This document shows, piece after piece, positions 8,462-17,619 of a stretch of DNA of 64,000 bases. Each line of letters begins with the position of its first letter. Position 1 is the stretch's first letter. The DNA is from an uncultured Chloroflexia bacterium (lineage in GTDB: Bacteria; Chloroflexota; Chloroflexia; QHBQ01; JADMIH01), in assembly GCA_963837315.1 (NCBI GenBank), contig CAWINE010000002.1, positions 458,505-522,504 of the forward strand, read 5' to 3'. The translations under genes were made by a program, and so were the position numbers. The notes beneath the pieces were generated by a model, which had not been told where the DNA came from, searched no databases, and was given only the letters and a program-made list of their open reading frames with translations.

Positions 8462-10843
8462 CTATTTCCGTATGAAGAAGTAGTAAATCAGCAGCAGCAC
8501 CGAGATCAGCGCACCAAGCGGCACCCACGGAAACGAGGCTAGCGCGGCCGACGCTTGTGTGCGCCCAAGGTGGTACGGCACATCTGCCACCACGGTGTTT
8601 CGCCTGAAAAGCAGAGATGCTTTCAGCCTGAGCGCACTCTGGTTGTGCAGCAGGTATTCCCAGGGACGGGCGGGCAGGAACTCTGGCAGCACTATCGTAA
8701 CTGTGTCGTCAGGGCTTTGCCGGTCCAGCGCATCAATATATGAGAGCAGCGGGCCGATCAGCGACCTGTATGGTGATTCGATTATCACAAGTTGAATGTC
8801 GCCCTCCGGGTATAGCTCGTGCCATTGCCGGTTGAAGCGCTCGGCCTCCTCGGTGTCTTCTCCTTCCACGATGTGCACCGCGTATACATTCGTACTGAGC
8901 GAGCGGGCGTAGTTGAGCGCTGTCCGGGTCACAGCGTTGAGGTTGGACACCGGCACAATGAACGTATGCTTGTAAGGCATAGGGTGCATCACATCGAGCG
9001 CGGCCACTTCAGCGGCAACACGCCTGTAGTGCCGGTTGATCGCCAGAAACATCGTGATCAGGATAGGGATCAGCAGAAGCACGATCCATGCGCCCAGCAG
9101 GAACTTGGTGACAGCCGATATGATCAGCACAATAGCCGTCGCCATGGCCCCGAGCGCGTTGATAACCAGACTACGCCGCCAGCCGGGCGTGCGTAGGGTC
9201 CACCACCTCTTCACCATGCCCGCCTGGGACAGCGTGAACGAATTGAACACTCCTACTGTATAGAGCGGTATGAGTGCAGTTGTATCGCCGTTGAAGGCAA
9301 TGAGAATGATGCAGGCCAGTATCGCCAGTGTAACGATACCCCACGAGAATGCCAGCCGGTCGCCGCGGAACGAGTACTGGTGCGGCATGAACCTGTCACG
9401 TGCCAGGAAGTATGACAACCTCGGAAAGTCGGAGAATGCGGTATTGGCAGCCAGCACCAGGATGAGCGCGGTGACAATCTGTATGTATAACCAGAGTGGG
9501 TTGGAGAGTGGGTTGGAGAGCGGATTAGAGTTGCCGAAGGACGGGAAAATGGTCCTGGCAAGCTGTGAAAGCACAGTTTCCTGATCGCTCGGCTTGATGT
9601 TGATTTGAGAAGCCAGCAGTGTAATGCCACCGAACATGGTGATAGCAAGGGCAGCCATCCAGAGAAGCGTAGTTCGGGCGTTCTTCGCCTCGGGGGGCTT
9701 GAAAGCAGGGACACCGTCCGCTATAGCCTCCACACCTGTTAGCGCGGTACAACCCTGTGTGAAGGCTCTCAGCAGCAGGAAAAGAGTTATTCCTTCGGCG
9801 CCCACCTGGTTGACCTGAGCAGGAGGAATATACACGAGTTGCCCGCCGATTCCCAGGTACGTGCGTAGCAAGCCATACGCAACCATCGCCAGGATGCCGA
9901 CTACGAAGAGATATGTCGGAACTGCAAATATATTGCCCGCCTCACGCACACCACGCAGATTGGCAATCGTCACGAGAATGACTATTCCCACACAAATCTC
10001 CACCCTGATGCTCTGCAAGCTCGGGAATAGAGAATAAAGAGCTGCCACGCCTGCCGTGGTACTCACCGCTACGGTCATTGTGTAGTCTATTAGAATGGAT
10101 GCAGCGGCTGTGAGGCCGGGCAGCGTGCCGAGGTTGTCCTTTGCCACGATATATGAGCCACCGCCACGCGGGTAGGCTGCTATAGTCTGCCTGTAAGAAA
10201 TCGCTACGATCGCCAGCAGCAGCATGACCGCGAAGCCGATAGGCAAAGTGAAGCCTAGCCCTCCGGCTACTGTCGCGAGTATCAGCACCCGTAGGATTTC
10301 TTCCGTAGCGTAGGCCACCGAGGAGAGCGCATCCGAGGAGAGCACTGCAAGCGCCTTCACATTGGTCAGGCGCTCATGTAGGGACTGCTCGGTGCTGAGA
10401 GGTCTGCCTATCAGCACGCGCCTGGTGCGGTAGAAAAAGCGGCCCCAGGCACCCCGAGGCATTGCGGTCTCCAGGGATGCTGAAAGCACCCCTCCCTGAC
10501 GCCTGAACGCGCCCGCGTTGCGCCCATAGCGCACATACGTGTCGCCAGGGTGGCTTCCTTTGACTACTTCCTGGGTGCGTAGCAGCGGGTCAGCCTTTTG
10601 TGGCGACTTGGTAACCGAGCGCAAAGACGCTGCAGGAGTCGGCTCACTTGTGGGTGAGGGGCGTGACGTTCTATCGTCCTCTTCGCCCGGCTCAGCTATT
10701 ATCCTCACCTTGTGATGGGTCGGATCTGCGTTGGGAGCCCCATCAGGCGGAGCTTGCACCGGCGTGCTATCTCCCTCATGCGTCGCAGGCGGCGCTTCCT
10801 CTTTCCCATTTCCTGCCTGATTATCTTGTCGAGATTGAGACAT
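8462..10843 (-). CDS. kimA: KimA-type K+ transporter (APC superfamily permease), paralog 2
   Basis: 793 aa, collinear with Bacillus KimA/YdaO as I recall it. Matching blocks are LTNVKALAVLSSDALSSVAYATEEIL, SYRQTIAAYPRGGGSYIVAKDNLG, LLLRAFTQGCTALTGVEAIADGVPAFKPPE and LVLAANTAFSDFPRLSYFLARD. The cytoplasmic tail carries ESPYRSL and HNQSALRLK. Annotation pipelines usually call this an amino acid or APC permease. Confidence 0.85.
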   Translation of the reverse strand: MSQSRQDNQAGNGKEEAPPATHEGDSTPVQAPPDGAPNADPTHHKVRIIAEPGEEDDRTSRPSPTSEPTPAASLRSVTKSPQKADPLLRTQEVVKGSHPGDTYVRYGRNAGAFRRQGGVLSASLETAMPRGAWGRFFYRTRRVLIGRPLSTEQSLHERLTNVKALAVLSSDALSSVAYATEEILRVLILATVAGGLGFTLPIGFAVMLLLAIVAISYRQTIAAYPRGGGSYIVAKDNLGTLPGLTAAASILIDYTMTVAVSTTAGVAALYSLFPSLQSIRVEICVGIVILVTIANLRGVREAGNIFAVPTYLFVVGILAMVAYGLLRTYLGIGGQLVYIPPAQVNQVGAEGITLFLLLRAFTQGCTALTGVEAIADGVPAFKPPEAKNARTTLLWMAALAITMFGGITLLASQINIKPSDQETVLSQLARTIFPSFGNSNPLSNPLSNPLWLYIQIVTALILVLAANTAFSDFPRLSYFLARDRFMPHQYSFRGDRLAFSWGIVTLAILACIILIAFNGDTTALIPLYTVGVFNSFTLSQAGMVKRWWTLRTPGWRRSLVINALGAMATAIVLIISAVTKFLLGAWIVLLLIPILITMFLAINRHYRRVAAEVAALDVMHPMPYKHTFIVPVSNLNAVTRTALNYARSLSTNVYAVHIVEGEDTEEAERFNRQWHELYPEGDIQLVIIESPYRSLIGPLLSYIDALDRQSPDDTVTIVLPEFLPARPWEYLLHNQSALRLKASLLFRRNTVVADVPYHLGRTQASAALASFPWVPLGALISVLLLIYYFFIRK

Positions 10844-10869
10844 ATTTCCTTCTTGCCCGCCAACTCGGA

Positions 10870-13296
10870 CTAAGATGCTAAGAAAAAGTAATAAACGAGC
10901 ATAATAATCGCAATCAAAACTACGATCACAACCAAAGGGGCGACCAGAAAAGACGATCGCTTGAGCCTAGCCGCTTGAGCCACGTTATTTCTTCCAAGCA
11001 AGTATGGTACGTCCGCCACAACCGTGTTGGGCCTGAAGAGGAGCGCCGCCTTCAACCTCAACGCGCTCTGGTTATGCAGCAAATACTCCCATGGCTTGGC
11101 GGGTAAAAACTCCGGCAGCACAATTGTAATGGTATCGTCCGAATATTGCTGGTCAAGTGCATCAACGTAGGATAGCAAAGGCCCAATCAGCGATCTGTAG
11201 GGCGACTCGATTATTACCAGGTTTATGTCAGTGTCCCCCATTAGTTCGTGCCATTCCTTGTTGAACTGCTCGGCCTCTTCTGTTTCCTCTCCCTCAGCGA
11301 TATGCACCGCTGTCACGCTCGATGATAACGAGCGCGCGTAGTCGAGGGCCTCAAGTGACACCGAGTTCAGGCTGGAAACCGGCACAATAAACGTGTGCTT
11401 GAATACTCTGCGCCGCGTCGCGACTATCGCCGCCACCTCCTGCTGGACTCGCTTATAATGCCTGTTTATCGCGAGGAAGAGGACCATTTGCAGAGGGATA
11501 AATACGATAACCAACCATGTGCCCTGGTTCAATTTTGTGAGGGTGGCTACCAGAAATACCATTAACGTAGTGGTCGCACCAACGAGGTTCATGGCAAAGT
11601 TGCGCTGCCAACCCGGCGGCCGCTTGCGCCACCATCGGACCACCATGCCCGACTGGGAAAAGGTGAAGGCTGCCATTACTCCAATTGCATAGAGAGGGAT
11701 CAACGTCGAAGTATCGCCGTTGAACGCGACAACAAGCAGGGAGGCCAGCACAGCCAGCGTAACAATGCCCCACGAGAATGCCAGCTTGTCGCCTCGGAAT
11801 GAGTACTGGTGGGGCATGAACTTGTCCCGCGCCAGGAAGTACGACAACCGGGGAAAGTCAGCGAAAGCAGTATTTGCTGCCAGCACAAGTATCAGTGCGG
11901 TAACGATCTGTATGAAGAACCAGAGGCCGTTCGCGCCGAATATGGTGCGCGCCAACTGCGATACTACCGTCTCCTGATCGCTCGGCAATATGTTCAACTG
12001 AGTGGCGAGGTAAGTTATTCCTCCAAACATTACGATAGAGAGCACACCCATATAAAGGAGCGTCTTGCGTGCGTTGACGAACTCGGGCGGCTTGAAAGCG
12101 GGCACGCCATCTGCAATTGCCTCTACGCCCGTGAGCGCCGCCGACCCTTGCGTGAATGCCCTCAATAAGAGGAGTATACCCACGGTCTGCCCGATCTCAG
12201 GTTGTATGGTGGTGGCGGGCGGAACATATTGCAGCGCTCCGCCGACGCCCAGGAACAACCTGAGCAAGCCAAAACCTATCATCCCAATCACACCTATTAT
12301 GAAGAGATAGGTGGGTACGGCAAAGATATTCCCCGCCTCACGCAATCCTCGCAGGTTGGCAATTGTGATAAAGATTATCATGCCCACACATATTTCTACC
12401 CTTATTGGCCGCAAATCGGGAAAGATTGAGTAAAGTGCAGCCACCCCGGCTGCCACGCTCACAGCAACGGTCAGCAGATAGCCGATAAGAATGGACGAAG
12501 CGGCAGCCAACCCCGGCAGAGTGCCGAGGTTATCTTTTGCCACAATATATGTGCCGCCGCCACGTGGATAAGCCGCGATAGTCTGCCTGTATGAGGCTAC
12601 CACAATTACCATCAATACTATGACGGCAATCCCGAGCGGCATACCGAAACTGAGCGCTCCCACTCCTGCCAGTACCAATATGCGTAATATCTCCTCTGTC
12701 GCATACGCTACAGACGAAAGCGCATCCGATGAGAGCACGGCCAAAGCTTTTACATTTGTTAATCGCTCGTGCATCGAATGCTCGGTGCTGATGGGTAGGC
12801 CGAGCACCACGCGCTTCACTCTGGTGAATACCCGTCCCCACCGTCCACGAGGCGACTCGGTCTGAAGAGATGCGGAGAGCATCCCGGCACCCTTACGCCG
12901 GAACGCACCCACAGTTCGCCCGTAGCGCATGTACTTATCACCCGGATGGCTTCCCTTCACCATCTCCTCGTGGCGCAAGTCGGATTTAACCTTGTGCGGC
13001 TGCGAGAGGGGTTGGACCGTGTCATGCCCATCCGGCTTGTTATTATGCTCAGACCTGGGTGGTGCGTCCCTTTGTGTAACGCCGTAGCTCCCTGGGCGCG
13101 TTTCCGGCTCAGCTTGGTCGGTATTACCAGGCATTATTCGCCGGGGATACCGGGTGCCTTTTTGGTTATCGGCGGGGAGAGCCTTCGCCTGCTCGAGGTC
13201 GGTGGGACTTGCGGCGTTCGCTTCCGTTTGACCGGAACCTGTGGGATGAGAGTTGGTAGAGGGCGAAGCCTCTTCGCCCTCAATAGTGTTATCCAT
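10870..13296 (-). CDS. kimA: KimA-type K+ transporter (APC superfamily permease), paralog 1
   Basis: 808 aa with the same blocks as the downstream paralog. It has a longer, divergent, low-complexity N-terminus of about 190 aa. Confidence 0.85.
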   Translation of the reverse strand: MDNTIEGEEASPSTNSHPTGSGQTEANAASPTDLEQAKALPADNQKGTRYPRRIMPGNTDQAEPETRPGSYGVTQRDAPPRSEHNNKPDGHDTVQPLSQPHKVKSDLRHEEMVKGSHPGDKYMRYGRTVGAFRRKGAGMLSASLQTESPRGRWGRVFTRVKRVVLGLPISTEHSMHERLTNVKALAVLSSDALSSVAYATEEILRILVLAGVGALSFGMPLGIAVIVLMVIVVASYRQTIAAYPRGGGTYIVAKDNLGTLPGLAAASSILIGYLLTVAVSVAAGVAALYSIFPDLRPIRVEICVGMIIFITIANLRGLREAGNIFAVPTYLFIIGVIGMIGFGLLRLFLGVGGALQYVPPATTIQPEIGQTVGILLLLRAFTQGSAALTGVEAIADGVPAFKPPEFVNARKTLLYMGVLSIVMFGGITYLATQLNILPSDQETVVSQLARTIFGANGLWFFIQIVTALILVLAANTAFADFPRLSYFLARDKFMPHQYSFRGDKLAFSWGIVTLAVLASLLVVAFNGDTSTLIPLYAIGVMAAFTFSQSGMVVRWWRKRPPGWQRNFAMNLVGATTTLMVFLVATLTKLNQGTWLVIVFIPLQMVLFLAINRHYKRVQQEVAAIVATRRRVFKHTFIVPVSSLNSVSLEALDYARSLSSSVTAVHIAEGEETEEAEQFNKEWHELMGDTDINLVIIESPYRSLIGPLLSYVDALDQQYSDDTITIVLPEFLPAKPWEYLLHNQSALRLKAALLFRPNTVVADVPYLLGRNNVAQAARLKRSSFLVAPLVVIVVLIAIIMLVYYFFLAS

Positions 13297-13318
13297 AAGT
13301 TGTTTGGCCTCGCTAGAC

Positions 13319-14236
13319 CTAACGTCTTACCAGGTTGCTTAGTACGAACATGACGTTGGCGGGCCGTTCGGCCAGTCTCCTCATGAAATAAGGGTACCAT
13401 TGTTGCCCGTACGGCACGTACACACGCATATTATACCCCTGCTGGGCCAATTCCAATTGCGCCTCACGCCTCACCCCGTACAACATCTGGAACTCGAACC
13501 TGGAGCGGTCGATGCGGTGCCTGGCAGCGAAGCGCTTGGTGTACTCGATCAGGCGGCTGTCGTGGGTGGCTATACCTGGATACGTGCCTTCGCGCAAGAG
13601 GAGCGCGGCCAGTTTCGCATAGTTGGCATCCACGTCTGCCTTTTTTGGAAAGGCAACCTCCGCAGGCTCATTGTAGGCACCTTTGCAAAGACGCACCCGC
13701 GCGCCCAGCGAGTTCATCTCTTTCACATCTCCCTCGGTCCTGTAGAGATATGCCTGCAGTACCATTCCCACGTTTCGATAGCCGGATTCGTGCCACAGCT
13801 TGCGGAACATATCGAGCGTGCGGTCGGTGTAGGCCGAGCTTTCCATATCCAGCCGCACAAAATTATCCAATTCTTTGGCCCGTTGGCAGATGCGCGACAC
13901 GTTACGGAAGCAAAGCTCCTCGTCTACGTCCAGGCCCATCTGGGTCAACTTCAGCGACACATTCGATTTTATGTGCGTTCTTTCGATCTGGTTCAATACT
14001 TCAATATAAGCATCAGCAGAGGCAATAGCTTCGTCGGCGGTGCTGACGTTCTCGCCCAGGTGATCGAACGTCGCCATGATGCCCTTACCGTTCAAAGCCA
14101 TTATTGCCCTGGTTGCCTGGGCGAGCGACTCGCCAGCCACAAACCTCAGCGCAAATCGCCTGGCCATGCCGTTGTGAAGAGCTATGTCCTGCAAGTCCTT
14201 GCTATTGGACATGCCCAAGAATGTATTCCGAAGCAC
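13319..14236 (-). CDS. Proline dehydrogenase (monofunctional)
   Basis: 305 aa with RFVAGESLAQATRAIMALNGKGIMATFDHLGENV and YGQQWYPYFMRRLAERPANV, typical of the short PRODH family. Confidence 0.85.
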   Translation of the reverse strand: MLRNTFLGMSNSKDLQDIALHNGMARRFALRFVAGESLAQATRAIMALNGKGIMATFDHLGENVSTADEAIASADAYIEVLNQIERTHIKSNVSLKLTQMGLDVDEELCFRNVSRICQRAKELDNFVRLDMESSAYTDRTLDMFRKLWHESGYRNVGMVLQAYLYRTEGDVKEMNSLGARVRLCKGAYNEPAEVAFPKKADVDANYAKLAALLLREGTYPGIATHDSRLIEYTKRFAARHRIDRSRFEFQMLYGVRREAQLELAQQGYNMRVYVPYGQQWYPYFMRRLAERPANVMFVLSNLVRR

Positions 14237-14263
14237 CTTTGTTCCTCCTCTTTGAGGACCTTT

Positions 14264-14335
14264 GAATGTGGAATGTGGAATGCAGAATGCGGAATATCGT
14301 TTTTATTCCGCATTCTGCATTCCACATTCTGCATT
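14264..14335. terminator. Long hairpin built from heptamer words (TGGAATG/CAGAATG), downstream of 14342..14941
   Basis: ATGTGGAATGCAGAATGCGGAATA tcgtttt TATTCCGCATTCTGCATTCCACAT gives a perfect stem of about 24 bp. There is no clear U-tract. Confidence 0.5.
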
Positions 14336-14341
14336 TGACAC

Positions 14342-14941
14342 TCACGGGCTGACGGTGGGGGTTTTGACGGGATCTTTGTCGGTGAAAATCGTGTCTGGTG
14401 ATACCTGGTAGTCCTTGAAATCGCCCACACCCGTCGCGACTACCGAAATCGTGGCGCTTTGACCGCCGGCAAGCCCGTTGGGGTCGTAATAGTTGCCTAT
14501 GGCGCTCCCCACGATCTGTCTGCTCGGATCTGACGCATCTTTATCGAAGAAGATCACCTTCACGGTTGCGTTAATGATTTTGGCAGGCACAGGCGCGGGT
14601 GTAGGGGCGCCGGGGGTGGGCGTACCCTGGGGGGCGGGGGACTGCTTCAAATTTTCGTTTGTAATCTTCACCTGAACAGTGACCTGGTTATCGGTGCCAC
14701 GGACCGGCGTGCCCACTTTCTCTACCTTGACAAAGGCGGCATTAGCAGAAGAAGGAGTCACAGAGCCGGCCGGAGGCTGGGTGACACCTCCATTAGTCGG
14801 CCATATGTTGGCGAGTATGATGGCCAGGGATCCGAACACGATTATCAAGACAACAATGAGTAATACCCAGGTAATAGGGTGAATAGGCCGCCTGGCTCGT
14901 ACTCTGCGCTTCCTGACAATGTCACCTGATGCTGTAGACAA
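14342..14941 (-). CDS. Membrane-anchored hypothetical protein
   Basis: 199 aa with one N-terminal TM helix (ITWVLLIVVLIIVFGSLAIILANIW) and a Pro-rich segment. No family recognised. Confidence 0.55.
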   Translation of the reverse strand: MSTASGDIVRKRRVRARRPIHPITWVLLIVVLIIVFGSLAIILANIWPTNGGVTQPPAGSVTPSSANAAFVKVEKVGTPVRGTDNQVTVQVKITNENLKQSPAPQGTPTPGAPTPAPVPAKIINATVKVIFFDKDASDPSRQIVGSAIGNYYDPNGLAGGQSATISVVATGVGDFKDYQVSPDTIFTDKDPVKTPTVSP

Positions 14942-14957
14942 CTACGCTCCCCCCTTC

Positions 14958-15059
14958 GAATTGCGGATTGCGGATTGCGGATTACCAAAAACGTGTCGAA
15001 CTCTTGGCGATCTTGGCGTTGAAAGTTAATCCGCAATCCGCAATCCACAATCCGCAATC
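14958..15059. repeat. Inverted heptamer arrays (ATTGCGG x3 ... CCGCAAT x4) around a CTTGGCG core
   Basis: GAATTGCGGATTGCGGATTGCGGATTA ... TAATCCGCAATCCGCAATCCACAATCCGCAATC. The centre contains CTTGGCGATCTTGGCGTTGAAA. Confidence 0.9.
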
Positions 15060-15142
15060 GGTATGCTGCTCGCAACGTGCACATTATAGCACTGCATAAT
15101 TGGCCCGGCAAGCACCGGGGAGGGACGTTTATGCTATTTTGA

Positions 15143-15967
15143 TTATGAGGCCTGGGAAGAGGACTCGCCGGCAAGCTCGCGCAATCTGTTTATTACCCGC
15201 TGAGCCCTCGCCTCGGTGAGCTGCGACAGGGTGCTTACTGCCAGGCTGGCGCAAAGCTCGGCCACATCCATGCCGGCCTGCCCCGCAAGCTTGCTGATCT
15301 CACGCCACTGCGCCACCGAACAAAGGCCGTTGTTGCCTCCCGCAATCTTGCCGATTTCGGCGCCAACATCTATAACCTGAGGCGCATCTTTAGGTACCGG
15401 AGTGGGCGATGGGCGGGCAGCCTGGCTGGCTTGCTGGGCTTGCGGCTCGTCCTGCTCATAGGGGCGATCGCGACCGTACAGGTCGAGTCCAATACCAAGC
15501 AGCGAAGCACATTTCTTGAGGGCGTCGCTGGCAGCCGCTTTGTAGTCATCCGCGATGGATAGTGGGCGTCCGCTTTTCGCGCCCGAGGCATGACGCTTGA
15601 TCTCGGCTCCTCCGAATTGCGTCTTGACGATGGTCTGGCCTCCCGGTGTTCTAACGGTAAGTCGAGCCTCCACTATCACCTCGTCTTCGAGAATTTGCTT
15701 GTCGATGACCTCGTAATCCCAGTTGAATCCGAAAACCAGGTTCAAGCGCTCGGTAACATAGCCGTGCTCGACGTAGGAGAACTGCATACCACCGCGCCCC
15801 GGTCTGGTTTTGATTTCATGCCGGGGTGTGCGCTGCAAAAGGAAATCTACCTGCGCTTCGCTAAGTGTCTGCATCAGCAGTTTCTGCTGCTCGTTCTTCG
15901 CCACAGGTCCAGGCTCGTATCTGGCCAGTTCGCCGCTAAACAAAGAAGGTTCACTGTCGCGATCCAT
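15143..15967 (-). CDS. Rad52/Rad22-family single-strand annealing protein (DdrA/Sak-like)
   Basis: Three blocks align to the Rad52 N-terminal domain as I recall it: IKTRPGRGGMQFSYVEHGYVTERLNLVFGFNWDYEV, VIVEARLTVRTPGGQ and DDYKAAASDALKKCASLLGIGLDLYG. An extra C-terminal helical region of about 90 aa follows. Confidence 0.75.
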   Translation of the reverse strand: MDRDSEPSLFSGELARYEPGPVAKNEQQKLLMQTLSEAQVDFLLQRTPRHEIKTRPGRGGMQFSYVEHGYVTERLNLVFGFNWDYEVIDKQILEDEVIVEARLTVRTPGGQTIVKTQFGGAEIKRHASGAKSGRPLSIADDYKAAASDALKKCASLLGIGLDLYGRDRPYEQDEPQAQQASQAARPSPTPVPKDAPQVIDVGAEIGKIAGGNNGLCSVAQWREISKLAGQAGMDVAELCASLAVSTLSQLTEARAQRVINRLRELAGESSSQAS

Positions 15968-16039
15968 AGCACTCCTCGCTTCCTAATCGAACAAGATTAT
16001 GCCCATATTAGCACTTTTGTTCTAAGAATGCAATAGCGC

Positions 16040-16225
16040 TTATGTTTTGCGCCTCCCTTTCACCTTTTTCGGCGGCTTGCCTTCGACCGTGGTCTTGCGC
16101 TCTGTCTCAAACGCAACCAGCAACTCACCTGCGCGCAGAGTGTTATACCGCACGCCCTGAAACTTGGCGTCGCGGACCTTGCGCCGGTGTTCATCCCGCC
16201 GCTTGGCTTTATCTATTGGCGGCAT
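16040..16225 (-). CDS. Small basic hypothetical protein (61 aa)
   Basis: An ORF only, Lys/Arg-rich, co-oriented with and 72 nt upstream of the Rad52-like gene. No homology recognised. Confidence 0.3.
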   Translation of the reverse strand: MPPIDKAKRRDEHRRKVRDAKFQGVRYNTLRAGELLVAFETERKTTVEGKPPKKVKGRRKT

Positions 16226-16245
16226 GAATGCCCTCCTTGTAAACT

Positions 16246-17427
16246 ATGGTCATGCCCCGTATCAGCTTCGATATACATTTATTACGCACCTTTATCATCA
16301 ACGGCGTCAACGCCGGCGTTGCGCTCGGCCTTATCCTCAATGGGCGCAGGAACCCGGAGCTCCAGCCCACGCCATGGCCAAGTGACCGGCAGGCTCCATA
16401 TGTGGAAATCATTATCCCAGCAAGGAACGAGGAACGCAATATAGCTCCCCTGCTCGAATCCCTCCTCCTCCAGAGCTACCCACAGGGTCGCCGGCGCATT
16501 ACCGTTGTAGACGACGGCTCGACCGACTTTACCGCAAGTATCGTGGCGGCAATCGCTCGCGACCACGTCGACGTCCGGCTGGTGAGTGCGCCGCGCCTCC
16601 CCACAGGCTGGACCGGCAAGAATCACGCCATGCACACCGGCTTGCTGGCTTCTTCACAGCAAGCCAAATACCTGCTTTTCGTGGACGCCGATACGCGACA
16701 CACACCTCATATGCTGTCGAGCGCAATATTGCGCGCTCAGGAGATGAATGCAGATCTGCTCAGCCTGGTGATAGACGTCGAGATGAAGAGCTTCTGGGAG
16801 CGGGTGCTTGTCCCTCAGATGGGCGAGCTCTATACGCTTCTGGTTGGCACGATGGATCGCGTAAACCGCCCAGGGGGAGCCGCGGCAGCGAACGGCCAGT
16901 TCCTTTTGATGCGGAGAGACCTTTACGCACGAGTTGGGGGGCTCGATAGCGTGCGTGGTGATGTAGCAGAAGATCGCGCCATCGCCGCGGTGGCCAAAGC
17001 GGCAGGCCATAACATTCGCCTCGAATATGGTAGGCTGCTTACTCGCGCCCGCGTCTATTCTTCGCTTCCCGAAATGTGGGCAGGCTACTCCAAAACCCTT
17101 TTCTGGGCAACCGGACACGACACAGGCAAGACCCTTCTCATAGCGCTGGCGCTTGCTCTTTATGCCATCTTGCCGCCGGCCGCCCTCCTTCACGCTCTGC
17201 TTCACCGTAACTTCCCTGGTCGGAAAAGCGCTCTACGAAATGCACCTCTGCAGCTTTTCCCCACGCTCGCCTTGCGAGTTGCTGTCTGCGGTCAATTAGG
17301 CATTCCCCCCATTTACGCGCTCACCTACCCTGTCGGTGTAGCGATGGGCGATGCCATCCTCCTCTACTCGGTCTACCGGGTTCTGTCCGGAAGAGGTGTG
17401 CGATGGAAAGGGCGTGTTTATGTGTAG
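16246..17427 (+). CDS. Family 2 glycosyltransferase, membrane-bound
   Basis: VEIIIPARNEERNIAPLLESLLLQSYP...ITVVDDGSTDFT and FVDADT, with C-terminal TM helices. Confidence 0.85.
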   Translation: MVMPRISFDIHLLRTFIINGVNAGVALGLILNGRRNPELQPTPWPSDRQAPYVEIIIPARNEERNIAPLLESLLLQSYPQGRRRITVVDDGSTDFTASIVAAIARDHVDVRLVSAPRLPTGWTGKNHAMHTGLLASSQQAKYLLFVDADTRHTPHMLSSAILRAQEMNADLLSLVIDVEMKSFWERVLVPQMGELYTLLVGTMDRVNRPGGAAAANGQFLLMRRDLYARVGGLDSVRGDVAEDRAIAAVAKAAGHNIRLEYGRLLTRARVYSSLPEMWAGYSKTLFWATGHDTGKTLLIALALALYAILPPAALLHALLHRNFPGRKSALRNAPLQLFPTLALRVAVCGQLGIPPIYALTYPVGVAMGDAILLYSVYRVLSGRGVRWKGRVYV

Positions 17428-17484
17428 ACAACCGACATTTCATTATTCAACTATTTCAATGACGCAGGAAACAAGCAAAAAGAA

Positions 17485-17524
17485 GCCGCCAATCCATCGG
17501 GACGGCGGCAGTTTTCTCTTTTTT
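17485..17524 (+). terminator. Intrinsic terminator after the glycosyltransferase gene
   Basis: GCCGCC aatccatcgggac GGCGGC followed by AGTTTTCTCTTTTTT. The complement is also followed by a T-rich run, so it may serve the convergent gene too. Confidence 0.65.
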
Positions 17525-17531
17525 AAGGACA

Positions 17532-17563
17532 AACCCCGGCGGTTTGGGCGATCCGCCGGGGTT
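17532..17563. terminator. Second GC hairpin between convergent genes
   Basis: AACCCCGGCGG tttgggcgat CCGCCGGGGTT gives an 11-bp stem. Confidence 0.45.
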
Positions 17564-17619
17564 ATCCCAAAGGAGGAAAGTTCTTCTACATAGAATAACG
17601 TTCCAGCATCCCATTCGCT

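Noticed and set aside
13297-13318. c-di-AMP (ydaO-type) riboswitch in front of the kimA paralogs
   Set aside because: Only 22 nt and 26 nt of spacer precede the two genes, which is far too short for the roughly 130-nt riboswitch. The upstream spacer 14237..14341 is a heptamer hairpin.
13400-14338. 312-aa plus-strand ORF opposite the proline dehydrogenase
   Set aside because: It is a shadow ORF of a confidently identified gene with no motif of its own. The same reasoning applies to 26459..27370, 28338..29150, 30547..31416, 44202..45182, 47209..48231 and 55389..56318.
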